Shown piece after piece: positions 14,241 to 29,994 of a stretch of DNA of 64,000 nt. Source of the DNA: the human T2T-CHM13v2.0 reference genome, Homo sapiens. The position numbers and the translations under genes were made by a program. The notes under the pieces were generated by a model. The model had not been told where the DNA came from. It saw only the letters and a program-made list of their open reading frames with translations, and made no database searches. Numbering within the stretch: position 1 is the first letter of the stretch; every line of letters begins with the position of its first letter. The stretch lies in assembly GCF_009914755.1 (NCBI RefSeq), contig NC_060935.1; one strand, given 5' to 3'.

Positions 14241-16989
14241 TTTAAGGGGTGGGGAAAAAAGGGGCAAGGGAAAAAGTTGAAAAGGAGGGGAAAAAGAAGA
14301 GAAGCGTTTAAGGAAGGCAAGGGATATCTAATTATAATTTTAAATTATTATGTATATGACAATATTTATCAGTGCATTTAAAATTTACATACAACTGTCA
14401 CTTGTAACAGTTTTACACACAGTATTTACAGTATGAATGGGCATCTGATACTTCTATTGACATGCTTTCTTTACTACCTGGTGTTTATGCATCCACCAGC
14501 CAATCCCAACAATACTATCTTCAACTTCCCAGGAAGTCCCATCATCATATACACTTTCTTCTTAATGAACAAATATTCGTTAGAATTTTGCCAGTGTCAT
14601 ATTAGAGTATGTTATTGAACTCTTCTTTAGAATAAGACATGCATTATTATGTTTATTAAATATTTTGGTTTTATTATAATTTTCCTATTATCTATTCTTT
14701 TCTTATACTCAAGTTGCTCCTACACCCCTTTAGTATCATTACATTAAAAACGGATCACCCTAGTTCAACCTTTAGAAGGAAGAACAAAAAGAATGAAGTC
14801 AGTCTAGTTGGCATGTCTTTGGGAAGACATGCTGAGACATCCTGAGATAATTAAAGTAAAATGGCTGAAGAAGCAGGTAAGGGAAAAAGTAAGGTGTGGA
14901 ATACAAGCTGGAGGCAGAAAGACAGGAACAAATAGTACGTGTAAGGCAACAAAAGGGGTTGACATAAATGGGAAATATGAGCGGAAAGTGCCATGGAGAC
15001 GGCATTCAAGTAACACTGAGCCCCAGGCATTCTAAAGGGTTAGAGTAACTGTGACTACCAGACTGTAGCTAAAGGCAGCACACATCACAAAGTACATGCA
15101 GTGCTATCACTCAAAGGCACACAGTGAGAGGGACAGACAGAGTGAGGATGGGAAATGTCAGAGCACGTGACAAATTTTGAAATTTCATTACAGCACAAAA
15201 AGCTGCAAATGGGTTTATATTGGCTATAAACCTCTGTGGTTTCTAGGAAATCTTTTGAGAAAACCTAGGAACAAATTTTTTAAGTGGAGAAATCTCAAAA
15301 AAATGAAGGTCTTTGGTATTTTCATGGGGAAAAAAATGTGTATACTGTCCTAGACATGCACAATCTTGAAATACCTTCAATGCCTAATGCTAAATGTTAT
15401 TCTTTATGTATAACATGACACTTGGCTTTCTTGAAAAGAAAGCCTAAGCTCCTTTCTTTTCCTAAGAAAAGAATGCCAAGTGTTATGCATAAAGAATAAC
15501 GTCTTTAAAATTCCAGGTCCCTTCTGGTGTCCTAAACCTTGTTAAGCTTTTTCTAGGATACATGATTTGGAAATGCTTTTTTCTTCAAGAAGTTTAAAGT
15601 TCTTCCCCATATATGATACTATTATATAACATATACAGTATATGCACAGTGATTTTTCTATACCTAGTATCTAATTCTTTATAACTGTGCTATCCCAATA
15701 GGTTTTGCAGTTCCACTAGAGGGTTGGCAACACTTAAAGGCATCAATAAAAGCACTTAAGAATTTAATGTTGTCTAGGAAAATGAAGACGGGAAGTTATT
15801 GAATAAGTGCTCTCTCCTAAAGCAAATGAAAAAGTACGGATAAGCAGGGAGAAGCATTTGGAGTAGGAGAAGTAGAAGCAAAGTAAAAGACAAAAAGCTG
15901 AAAAGAATAAAATGAGAGAAAGACTTAAGGATCAAGATGTGGGGGGCAGGCAAGATCACTGGGTGGTGGTTTGTGGTGGGAGAAAAATTGTCAAAGGGAA
16001 ACCAGTGATGATGTCATTATCTAGACTGGGAGACCTCCACTAAATATGACATGTGCTAAAAAAGTTTCTGTTTTGTTTTCTTTCCATCTGCCTAAGCTCT
16101 CTTGCCTTATTTTTTATATTCCTCTTTTACAAATTTCCCTATGATATAGTCCAGGCAATGGATCTCAAGTTAGGCTTTTTTCTTTTCTTTAAAAGATTAA
16201 ATGTTGATAAGAGTTGCCTGAAAATCTACTATTTGTTCTCTCTTATACATTCATGTAACTAGACTTGTTTTAGAAGACTGCAGTCGTATTAGCATTCTTT
16301 CCATATACCATAAACAATTCTAAAAGCTCTGTGAGCAGACCAGAGCTTGTAAGCTGCCAGCAGATCTTCGGGAATCCAGTGCACTCTTCAAAACCCCCAC
16401 TTTACTCCTGTTATCAAATTTAGTGATCAATAGGATATGGGGGAATCAAAATCAGTGCTGTGGTCTGAAACCTCTGCATTCCCCTCGATCTTCAGTTACA
16501 GTGCTCACTGCTCAGTCCCATGTCCTCAAGAAGAGGATGTGGGTGTATTAGAACTGGCAGCCGAGATCCTTTCCTCAGACTGGCACCAGGTGCTTCTTCA
16601 CTCTCAGGTCACAAGAACTGTTCTAAAGAATAGGAAGCAGACAAGCAGAGGTGAGTCCTATACTCTGTCAAAAAAAAAAAAAAAAATCAGGGGACTTAAT
16701 ATATATGTAAGCAATACATACATAAAAGCGAAAGGACAGAGGTCCTTCAATAAAGGACAGTGTTAATGCTTATTAAAATTTATCTGATGGGCTGAGTGAA
16801 TCCTTAGAACATCAGGGCATCTATTCAGAAGGACAATGATAAGCATGAAAGGAATGAGCGGAAGAAGAGAAAATACAAACGACAGAAGAAAGAGATTCTC
16901 TTAAATTTCACTATCTTTTAATCATTTGTTTCCTTTTGCTGATCATAATTAGCCTTCAGAATCTACATGATAAGATTCTCATATATTCA

Positions 16990-17181
<192 letters not shown>

Positions 17182-18104
17182 CTAAATCAAGAAATAAAGA
17201 TTGTTATCTGACAACGAATATATATCCTTTCTGGTTTTTGGATTTTCTTTAGTAGTAGAATCAAAATGCATTATTAACTTCCAGTGTTTACACAATGATT
17301 CCTTTACCTTCTCTTACTTATACAACTAGTCAAACACTGAGCACCTGTGAGGTTTCAAACATTGGGCTAGGCACTAGAGATATATAAATAAAATACCTAT
17401 TACCGGTATTAGGGAGCTTACAGTTTTGAGAGAAAGACAAATGGTTACAAAACAACATGAAAAATGGTATGTCCAAGATGCTATGTCCAAAATGCTAGTG
17501 AAGAGGGGCACTTAGCCCAATCCAGATAGAACAAAAGTCCCCAAGCAAATCAAGCTTGAACTAAGTCTTGAAAACACAAGAGTTTGCCAAGTTCGGGGGA
17601 AAAAAGAGAAATGGCTTTAATGAAAGGCAGAAGGATGGGCAAAGTAAAAAAAAAAAAAAAAAAAAAAAGCATGAAAAGTATGATAAGTCCATATTTATGA
17701 AGTTAAAAATGACTGGATTATAATATTTTTCTAGCTATAAGCAACATGTAAAACTGAAACAAACTCTTACACCAAAATTAAGTATTGGCAGTTTTTTACT
17801 AGATACTTTTCTTTTCCCCCCCCAAAAAAAATGATCTAAAGTAAAAAAATAAATCTGTGTTTAGGCATACTGATTGCTTTACTTAAGGTGTTATATGTGA
17901 ATAAGACATTAATATTTTGCTGTCAGCCAGCTATAAGAATTTTAATTCCTACGTTTATATGGACTTCTATAATTCTATGATTAAGAACTCTTTTTATGAA
18001 ATCAAATAACCAGAACCTTTCTCTTTCAGAATGTTTTGAATGTTTAAAATTTGTTATACAAAACTACAGCTAAAATAGGAAGACAGTCTGACTGCACTGA
18101 CCAA

Positions 18105-18201
18105 ATTATTTATATATATTTAATATATATTAATATATATTAAATATAGATATTTAAAATATTTACATATTAAAATATTTATTTAAATATATATATATAT
18201 A
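18105..18201. repeat. AT-only low-complexity tract (TATATATTAA-type units)
   Basis: Near-pure A/T run adjoining an Alu tail. Confidence 0.85.
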
Positions 18202-18497
18202 TTTTTTTTGTTTTTTTTTTCCTGAGATGGAGTTTCGCTTTTTCACCCAGGCTGGAGTGCAGTGGTGCAAGCTTGGCTCACTGCAACCTCTACATTCCGG
18301 TTTCCCTGCCTCAGCCTCCCAAGTAGCTGGGATTACAGGTGCCTGTCACCACACGCAGCTAATTTTTTTTTTTTGTATTTTTAGTAGAGACGGGATTTCA
18401 CCATGTTGGCCATGGTCTCGAACTCCTGACCTCGTGATCTGCCCACCTCGGCCTCCCAAAGTGCTGGGATTATAGGTGTGAGCCACCACGCCCAGCC
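18202..18497 (-). mobile_element. Alu (AluS-like) with internal deletion
   Basis: Reverse-complement Alu ending CCACGCCCAGCC. Confidence 0.92.
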
Positions 18498-20957
18498 AAT
18501 ATATTTTTACCTACATCATTTTACCCACTGTAGAAAATGCATCAGAAAGGGCTCCAAACATTATGATATGGTCAATCTTACTCTCATGGAGTAGTAACCT
18601 AAGGAAAGAGTAAACTTCCTGCTGACTTAAGTATTTGTGTCTGTACCTAAGTTCACTAATGGGTTATGCTTTCATGAGTACTAGTTTTAATATTTATCTA
18701 TGCAACTTGTGTTCTGTCTGACAGAAAAATACACTTGTTTCCTGAGGCCACACTGCAAGGAAACATACAAGTGATGATAGACAAAGCAGGAGTATGTTTC
18801 CAAAAATGAATAGAAGTTATATCACAATGATTGGCAACAATCAGGTTTGATGTGTTTTCTTGTGAAAACTGTATTTTGGACATTTTGCAACCCTTCTTCA
18901 AATCTCCAAAAGTTTAAGAAAAGCATGTTCAGATTTTTGTTCATGGCTCCGTAAAAACCTTCCTGCTTTTCAGATCATTAGAAGTAAACAGGTATTATTG
19001 TACATGGCTTATTAAAATTAACTTTTCCAATTCAACCTTATCATCAAAGCAGTCCTGGTAGTAATGACATTTCAGCAATTCACTTGCTAATACTTCCAAC
19101 TTTGTGTAAAAAGACAACACAAAAGTTGCCGTGACTATAAGGGTACCCTGTGTGTCTCCATTTCTGCCATCAAAGTAGACTGTGTGGGAGAACTCAGCTA
19201 TAGCTGTTCTACATGAAGTATAGGCATACGATAAAGTGATTTGTATTTCTTTCACATTTATTCTGTATTTCCACAAAACAAGAGGAATTTATCTGTATAG
19301 CATTTTTAAGTTGAAACAAGAGGGAAGGAGAGGTGTTTAAAAATCCTAATTTTTTTTCCTGTATGAAAAACAAGTATCCTTTGAAAATATTTAACATTAT
19401 GGTTTACTTCTTTCCATTTCTAATTCCTACCCCTCTTGGCATCTACTTATCATCATATAGATCTATAAATCAAAAATTACCTTAAAATGTTCTTGTATTT
19501 TTTCCCAAAATATGATCACATTTTATATGGAAGAACCTATATGGAAGGGCATCACTGCTGTAAAATTTCACAGAAAACAGTAGATGCAAAGGATAGGTGT
19601 AATACTCCAAGTGAACTTAACCCCTCACTCATTCCTGTTTTTAGTGTATTGTTACAGCCCATTGTATTTCTTTATCATATGAATTGAAGTATACAGTACA
19701 ATACAGCTTACACTGTAGGAATCAATTTGTATAAAATACTAAAACAGGTAACATTAATCTCTGGTGTTAGAATGATTTCTTTAAATGTCCAGAAAAATAT
19801 ATTTAGAACAACTGTAATTATCTAGTTCAATTTCTGTACATTAAGGAAACTATTCTAACAAGAAAATTAGTATAAAAAATACCAGAGAAAAATAGGTGCT
19901 GTGGTGAGTGTTCACAAAGCAAATAAAGAAGATGACACATAAATGATGACTGGCCCACTATGCACGGTTAAGCACAGTTATCTGACCTGATAAATATGAG
20001 ACTGAGTCAGTTCAGTTATCAGTATGAACCAAGTGATCGCACATATGTAAAAATTGGAAATGGAGCTAAAAATTGTCACTGAATTTTGCTAAAGCAGAAG
20101 AAAGAATCTCATTTCTAATTTAACAGCTATATCACATGGAGTGTAAATTAAATCTAGATAACAAACTGAGGCAAGGAAATATAATGAAACATGTACCAGG
20201 CAGACTTGGTAATATTTAGCTAACTGTAGGTAGCTTTTTGAAGTATTTCTCTAAGCTCTTATTTATAGGCAGAGGAGCCAGCTCCTTATGGAAGTTAAAG
20301 TATGAAGAACAAAGAAAAAGGATTCTCAAGGAAACAGTAAGTCTGGGGAAAAGTTTGTTTTCTGTTTCTGGGTCTTCAGAAACAGATAGTACAATACCAA
20401 TCCAAAGGGTTCTATTTGCCCTTGTTTGGTTTTTTGTTTGTTTTTTGTACAGACATATTATACAATGCCATTTGCCTCAAAAATTATTGCTTCTTCCCAC
20501 CAAATCCTAAGCATCTTAAGGAGTCTGGATAGACTCTGGGCAAAACTAAACATATATCCAAGATTGTTTTTAGTTCTCCCAAACTACCTTTCAGATTTCA
20601 CAACTCTCTTTCATCCAGGTAATTTCCTTCTCATCTATGTCCTTAAACTTTATCACAATCTGGTGGTCCAAGGCCTCTCGTCTCAGTACCCTATCAATAC
20701 TGCTGTAACCAAAATTACTCTTCCCCCACTGATTCCACTTTCCATCAAGGCATCCTTTCTTTCAAAGAAGCTAAAGAAAGGAGAAAAGTTTTCTTATGAA
20801 ACAAATTTGCTGTTAAGTGAATTCCTTAAAAGTATTATTTGCACCCTCAAAAAGAACCCTAGTTAATGTCTCAATTTTATGTAACTGCAAGCAGCAACAC
20901 AAAATAAAGAATTAGTCTTCAAAATAACTTGAAGATGGGTGTGGGGTTAAGCACAAT

Positions 20958-21256
20958 TTCTTTTTCTTTTCTTTTTTTTTTTTTTGAGATGGAGTCTCGC
21001 TGTCGCCCAGGCTGGAGTGCAGTGGCGCGATCTCGGATCACTGCAGGCTCTGCCCGCCGGGGTTCACGCCATTCTCCTGCCTCGAGTAGCTGGGACTACA
21101 GGTGCCCGCCACCTCTCTCGGCTAATTTTTTGTATTTTTAGTAGAGACGGGGTTTCACGTGTTAGCCAGGATGGTCTCGATCTCCTGACCTCGTGATCCG
21201 CCTGCCTCGGCCTCCCAAAGTGCTGGGATTACAGGCGTGAGCCACCGTGCCCGGCC
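20958..21256 (-). mobile_element. AluY-like
   Basis: CpG-rich, GGTTCACGCCATTCTCCTGCC diagnostic; TSD AAGCACAAT at 20949-20957 and 21257-21265. Confidence 0.93.
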
Positions 21257-22967
21257 AAGCACAATCTTTTTAATGCTCTGGATCATAACTAGGTTTATTT
21301 TCTCTCCCTTTCTTTCCTTCTTTACATATATGCATTTACATTGTATTGAAGTAGGATGTAAGATAAATTTTTGTAAGTCATTCTTCACTTTAAAGAAAAA
21401 ATTACTGAAAAAACAATTTCTCTTTAAAAAATTTAATCACACTCTCTTAACATACCCAATAACTAACTTAACGTTTACATATAGTTATATACGCATACAC
21501 ACATTTTTATATAGATGCCTAGACAGTGCAAATACTAATTGTTATCATACTTTCAAACTAGCATTATTTTTCAACTTCATGATTATACCATTTGCTCTTT
21601 ACTGAACTGCTTTGCAAAAGATAAACTTATAGACATTGAGTATGTATATAGCTTTGTGACTCTAGCTCTAAAAATCTAGTATTTTTAAAAGATACGTATC
21701 ACCCCTTTTTTCCTCTAGGAATCTTACTTTCCATGAACTTACTAGTTTCAGTGCAACCTTGATAGCATTGCATTTTATCATTTGATTTGAGAATACTTTG
21801 CCACTTTAAGAGTTACCAACTGGCATCTTAAGGTAGTTTTAATTATATACCCTTACATGCAGAATAAGCATTTTCCCATATATTTGTTAACTTTTATAGT
21901 TTTCTCTTACGTGACTGGCAATATTGATGTTCTTTGCTTTTAGTTCATGCTTTCAGTTTATTGTTTTTTTAAATATTTGAATAACTATTTTATATAGAAT
22001 CTTTACTGCTTCACAGGAATGTCAGAGCTCTAGAAGTGATTTTCTTACTCCACTTTCCTCTTCAGAATTAGCTATAGACAGCAAAGACCATGAAGGTACA
22101 GCAATGTATTTGATATACATAACAGAACATGGTCCCTAATGTACGAAATCACTTTTGCTAGGATTCCAGATATCTTATGTCATAAAAAGTCATAGATCAG
22201 TTTTTAAACAATGGGGAAATTTGCATATGACTATTAAATATACATATATATTCATATTTTTATAGTAACATATCAAACAAAACATTACAGACCAATTCTG
22301 AATTCATTATCCCCATAAAAACCTTCTAAGTCATTCTTGCAACCCAGATCTCTCAGAGGGATCTGGTCAACTACTGCTCGATAATACTGAGAAATCACTA
22401 TCCAGTTTAATAGAAGAATTTAGATAAATATTATATTTCCATCTTAATAATTGACTGGGAGGATTCAGAGACAACTTTGGGTCTCTACCTCTCTAAATAT
22501 ACACCTCCTCCATGGATATGTAGACTTACCAGAAAAAGCGCTCAGTATTTCTTGCATTTATAAATATAATTTTCACATTTGTAAATGCAGCAATCTTATA
22601 AAGTAAGATTGAAAAAATAAATAGAAGTTGTCAGCATCTGTGCTTTTTATCATTTCACATTATACTGCTATGCTCTTGTCTAAAAAACACTTACTCTTCA
22701 GTTTTTTCTATTCATACAGAATTAATAGCATCTTAACTATGTGGTGATTGCTCTAGACTCTGACATACTTCTAACAGAGTCTAGTTGAAGCACAGTGTTT
22801 TTTGAATTCTCTCCTATTAGATGAACAGCTATCTTCCATTATTTACTTGTGGGTTGCCAATTTGGTGGATTATATGCTAAAAATGTTTCCACTTGGGTCA
22901 AATTTTCCTTAGGATACTTAGGATTATTTATGAAATAAAAATTTCTAAATACTGAAAATTAAGATTA

Positions 22968-23180
<213 letters not shown>

Positions 23181-24074
23181 TTAAAAGATAAAGAATAAAA
23201 ATAAAAGTAAGAATCTAACCAATTAAAACATCTTAGGGATTACAATACAAAGAGATATAAGAGCAAAACACCCTGGCATTTCTTACTTTAATACTGAGCA
23301 CATAGTAGGTATTTTACAAGATATGTTTAAATAAAAAAATTTATAATCTTGGCTATTGCATGAAAATAAACCAGACTAGGAAAAAGCTAGTTTCATATCT
23401 CTTACACTTCTGCGGTTGCTACTTCTTTTCCATTTCTCATCTCTAGTTAGTGTTAATGAGGTATTAGTTAAAAATAGGAGCAGCAAAAATGTAGGATGAT
23501 ATAAGAAAAATAATTCCAAGTAGGCTAGTTAAAACTTGAGAAAAAAAATCACATTCACTTTCCATTATATGAATTATATATTTGCCACAAAAATATTCCA
23601 GAAATAATTCAATCCTCCTATGATAACTTACTACAGTCCTGGGGAAAAAACAAGTTGGCACTAGGACTGCCACGTGTCTGGTATTCATATGGACAGTTTA
23701 ATAGCTCAGTTATCAATGAGTAAACAAACTGAGAAAACACTTGGCATTCATAAATAAGCTTCATTATTAAGCTATGAAGTTACTTGTGCCTGAGTATTTC
23801 TGCTTATGTTCTAGGCCTGTGCTAGATACTACTATTCTAATTGGTAGTGTAGATTAGGTTTTAATACAATATTTGAACTGCACACAGTGAGCATATTAGC
23901 ATGGTTACTAAACCACATTCATATCTTCTACCAGACGGATGGTAATTAAGTATCCAATATACTGACAGTTTACTTTTTATATTATATGATTGAAAACTAC
24001 ATTTTCTGGTGGTCAACTTTTCATATTTCTCATACTTCATGGCACTTTATGACATGTATTACTTACAGGCTGAA

Positions 24075-24345
24075 ATTCAGACTGAATAGATAACTAACCA
24101 CCTTCCTTTCCTGCTTCTGCTATACCCCATGGAAGCACATGTTAAGATGAAACCTTTATCGACCTCTATCAGCTCAGTTCCCTGAGTGACTACAGTCAGC
24201 AGAGCACCCCTGATGACTAACACTGGATATATAAGTGAAAATAAACTTTGTTGGGTTAAGCCATTGGGATTTTATTGTTGGTTTATTTTGTTTGTTAGTT
24301 ATATTCTTTATCTTTTGAAGCATAACCCAGCTTATCCTAATTAAG
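24075..24345 (+). mobile_element. Old MaLR LTR fragment (MLT1J/K-like)
   Basis: TCCCTGAGTGACTAC...AATAAACTTTGTTGGGTTAAGCCATTGGGATTT...GCATAACCCAGCTTATCCT resembles an MLT1 3' end. Confidence 0.55.
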
Positions 24346-24612
24346 ATCTTACTGAATCATCTGTGTCTCAGTTTTTCAGCTAATACTTTTTGGTATCTTA
24401 CAGTTATTATCCCAACATCAGATTATCCAAATTCAGTATCACCCACCACAATATGGTAAAACCTAATATGGCATACAGGCATGGGTTTTGGAGTCTGAGA
24501 CTCTGGGTTTAATACCAGCCTGTCTAATTATTAGCAGTGGAACCTTATGTTACTTTATTTTTCTGAGACAGTTTCCTCATCTCTAAAAGAGGGGAAATAA
24601 TAGTGCCCTCCA

Positions 24613-24722
24613 GCTGGCCACAGTGGCGCGTGCCTGTAGCCCCAGAAACTCAGGAGGCTGAGGTGGGAGGATCTCGAGCCCAGAAGTTCAAGTTCAGCCT
24701 GGGCCACAGAACGAGACCCCTC
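24613..24722 (+). mobile_element. Alu monomer (FLAM-like) inside a MIR
   Basis: GTGGCGCGTGCCTGTAGCCCCAG...GGAGGCTGAGGTGGGAGGATC; flanked by MIR-like CAGTTTCCTCATCTCTAAAA. Confidence 0.75.
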
Positions 24723-25755
24723 TATTCCCTCCAAAAATAGTGTCTTCCTCATGGGGTTACTTTGAAGATAAAAAAAATTTTAGTTTACATGTAGATTACT
24801 TGGCTAAAGTTAAATAATCTATAAATACAGTACAGGTATACCTCAGAGAAACTGCAGATTTGGTTCCAGATCACCAAAATAAAGTAAATATATCAATAAC
24901 GTGTCACACAAATTTTGTGGTTTCCTAGTACACATAAAAGTTATGTTTACACTGTACTGTAGTCTATTAAGCATGCAACAGAATTATGTCTAAAATGTAT
25001 GTAATTTAAACTACATTTAATTAAAAAGTACTTTAGGTCTAAAAAATGCTAACAATCATCTGAACCTCCAGTGAATAGGCATCTTTTTGCTGATAGAGGG
25101 TCTTGCCTCAATAGGATGGCTACTGACTGATAAGGGGCTAGTTGCTGAAGGCTGGGGTAGCTGTGGCAATTTCTTAAAACAAGACAATAAAGTTTGTTGC
25201 ATCCATTCTTAAGACAACAATAAAGTTTGTTGCATCCACTGACTCTTCCTTTCATGAAAGATTTCTCTGTAGCATGCAATGCTGTTTGATTGTATATTTG
25301 ATTGTATGTTATACAGAATAGAACTTATTTCAAAATTGGAGTCAATCCTCTCAAACCCTGACACTGCTTTAACAACCATATTTTAAATCCACTGTTGTCA
25401 TTTCAACAATGTTTGTAGTATCTTTCCTTTCCTAGGAGTAGTTTCCATCTCAAGAAACCACGTTCTTTGCTTATCCGTAAGAAGCAACTCCTCATCCATT
25501 CAATTTTTATCATGAGATTGCAGCAATCCAGTCACATCTTTAAGTTTCACTTCTACTTCTAGTTCTCTTGCTATTTCAACCATATCTGTAGTTACTTCCT
25601 CCACTGAGGTCTTGAACCCCTTCAAGTCATCCAGGAGGGTTGGAATCAAATTCTTTCAATTTAATTGTTAATGTTGATATTTTTACCTTCTCTCATGAAT
25701 CATAAATGTCCTTGATGGCATCTAGAATGGTGAATACTTTCCAGAAGGTTTTTAA

Positions 25756-26122
<367 letters not shown>

Positions 26123-26587
26123 TGGAATTTATTTCCTAAATAATAAAACTTGAAAGTCAAAATTACTCCTTGATCCATAGGCTGCAGAATGGATGTGCTG
26201 GGAGGTATTAAAATGATATTAATCTCCTTGTAAATCTCCATCAGAATTCTTGGGTGACCCGGTGCACTGTCAATGAGGAATAATATTTTGAAAAGAATCT
26301 TTTTTTTTCTGAGTAGTAGGTCTTAACAGTGGTCCAAAAATATTCAGTAAACTATGCTATAAACAGATGTGCTATCATTCAGGTTTTGTTGTTCCATTTA
26401 TAGAGCACAAACAGAGTCAGTTTAGCATAATTCTCAAAGGACCCTTGGATTCTAGGAATGGTAAATGAGCACTGGCTTCAACTTAGGTCACCAGCTGCAT
26501 TAGCCCCTAACAAGAGAGTCAGCCTGTCCTTTGGAGCTTTGAAGCCAGGCATTTACTTCTTTTTAGCTATAAAAGTCCTAGATGGTA

Positions 26588-26882
26588 GGCTGGGTGCAGT
26601 GGCTCACGTCCGTAATCCCAGCACTTTGGGAGGCTGAGGCAGGCGGATCATGAGGTCAGGAGATCGAGACCATCCTGGATAAGATGGCGAAACCCCGTCT
26701 CTACTAAAAATACAAAAAATCAGCCAGGCGTGGTGGCAGGCGCCTGTAGTCCCAGCTCCTCAGGAGGCTGAGGCAGGAGAATGGCGTGAACCCAGAAGGC
26801 GGAGCTTGCAGTGAGCCGAGATTGCGCCACTGCACTCCAACCTGGGCGATGGAGAGAGACTCCGTCTCAAAAAAAAAAAAAA
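26588..26882 (+). mobile_element. AluY-like inside Tigger1
   Basis: GAGATCGAGACCATCCTGG and GAATGGCGTGAACCC diagnostics, A-tail. Confidence 0.95.
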
Positions 26883-28905
26883 GGCATCTTCTTCTAACAA
26901 AAGACCATTTTGTCTACTCTGAAAAAATCTGTTGTTTACTTTCATCAGTTATCTTAGCTAGTTTTTCTGGACAACTTGCTGCAGCTTCTCCATTAGCACT
27001 TGCTGCTTCACCTTTGCACTTTTACGTTATGGAGATGGCTTCTTTCTTTAAACCTCATAAATTGAACCAACCTCTGCTATCTCCAAACTTTTCTTCTGAA
27101 GCTTCCTCACCTCACTGAGCATTCATGGAATTGAAGAGTTACGGCCTTGCTCTGGATTAGTCTTTAGCTTACACGAATGTTGTAGCTAGTTTGATCTTCA
27201 ATCCATACCACTAAAACATTCTCCATGTCAGCAATAAGGCTGTTTCAATCATTTATGTATTATTTTTAATTTCCTTCAAGAACTTTCCTTTGCATTCACA
27301 ACTTGACTAACTGTCTGGCACAAGAGCAAGAGGCTTACATTTCAGCCTATCTGAACTTTTGACATGCTTTCCTCAAAAAGCTTAATCATTTCTCACTTTA
27401 GATTTAAAGTGAGAGACCTGCAACTCTTCCTTTCACTTGAACGATCAGAGGCCATTTTAGGGTTATTAATTGACCTAATTTCATTACCGTTGTGTCTTAA
27501 GGAATAAGGATGCCTGAGGAGAGGAAGAGAGATGGGAAAACAGCCAGTTGGTGGAGCAGTCAGCACACACATTTGTAAATTAAGTTCACTATTATATGGG
27601 CATGGTTTCTGTCACCCTCAAACAATTATAATAGTAACATCAAAGATCACTGACCACAGATCACCATAAAAGATGTAATAATAATGAAAAAGTTTGAAAT
27701 ACTGCAATAATTACCAAAATGTGACAGAGATGAATAAGCATATGGTGTTAGAAAAATGGTGCCAACAGACTTGCTCCATGCAGTTGCCAAAAACTTTCAA
27801 TCTCAAAAAAATACATTATCTGCAAAGTGCAATAAAGTGGAATGCAACAAAACGAGGTATGCTTATATATGCTATTTTTCTATTAAACAGTATTTATGCC
27901 ATGTTCTAAAAGCTGTGCCTGTACTTTATCTTCAAAGAAAATAAGTATATACAGTATTTCATTTCACAATAGGTAAATATTTTCCACCTATGAAGAAGAA
28001 ATGGGTTCAGAGAGGTTAAATTTATCAAAAGTCAAAAACTCAATAGCCCTAAACTCAAGCCATCCTCCAACTTGAAGTCTTTTAAACTCTTTCTGTAATC
28101 CTACACTGTCTTATAAACCTAATCTATGGCTAATTTATCACCATATAATTCAACAAGGCTGAAAAGCCTTGGATGAAACCAAATCTCTTGGCATAAATGA
28201 GGTACAAGAACTAATGATTTAAGTGCTAAAAGGATTTTAAATAACTTAAACTTCAATTATCTTTTTATTTTTCCTCTTCCTAATCATTAGAATATAGAAT
28301 GTTAGAAGTAACAGGGAGAAAACCCTTACAAATCATATAGTACATCCTCTGCTATTAAAGATCATAAAATAGATAACTGGTACATGAAACAAAATGTGGC
28401 AAATCTTATAAATTAAAAAGATAAATTATAAATTCTTCAAATTGGTAGAATTAAGCAATCTTAAAGCAAAGAAAGATGCCAAACACTATCTAGACCAGTG
28501 TTTCCCAAACAATGTGTTATGGAAATCAAGCAGGTAACAGGTGTTACCTGTTTACATAAACAGAGCTTCACAGAGTAAAACACAAATTTAGGAAATACTG
28601 CATTCCATACCACCCTTTGAATATTTATAACATAAATTCACATATAATGCTTGGGAAAAGTCTTCCAGTAAAGAAACCAGCTTACAACCCCTGATTCTCA
28701 AATTTCTTTGACCATGGAACTCTCTTTTCTGACATAACAACACCGTGTGAGACAATCTTCTCATTTTAAAAGATGGGCTAAGCCCTGGAGATGTTCTGAA
28801 GTTATTCATCATTTGGAACCACTTAATTATTGGATAGATATAGTTAATGTGAAGGATTAAAACAATAATAACTTTTAGAAGATGTGAGAAATAATAAGCT
28901 GATTA

Positions 28906-29145
<240 letters not shown>

Positions 29146-29304
29146 TCAGGGGATAAACAACAAAAAAAATCATTTTGTTAATTAGAAATATTTAAACTAT
29201 TTAATACTTAAAAATTTCTTCCCAACTTGGTTGGAAGCATTTTAAATTAGGAAAAAAAATATTTAAAAAATCATTCCATCAGAACATTAAGGAAAAACAG
29301 GGTA

Positions 29305-29656
<352 letters not shown>

Positions 29657-29994
29657 TTATCAAATTATCTTTTATTCTCTTATACAAAACTGACATGAAT
29701 TAGCCCCTGAATTCCAGATAAAGTTCAAACTTCTGAATAGGCTTTCAAGGCCGTCTACAATTGACTCCATTCTACTGATCCCATGGTAACTCCTTGTGTC
29801 AACAAATCAGAATACTCTTTTCTAGCTAGGCGTTTTCCTCATTCTTCTTTAGCATGCTACACTCATTACTGCCTTTCTGATTTGGCTCATAGTATATTCT
29901 CTATATACATCTGTCATCGTATGAATTTAAGCTTTATTTTCTTGCCTTATTTGAAGTTTTATTAATTAATTTAACTAATAAATTTATCATGTTT

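Noticed and set aside
20238-20866. 90- and 146-aa plus-strand ORFs
   Set aside because: Non-ATG starts, AT-rich compositional bias, no motifs, antisense intronic.
22753-22784. 10-bp stem hairpin CTAGACTCTG/CAGAGTCTAG
   Set aside because: Short enough to arise by chance in 64 kb.
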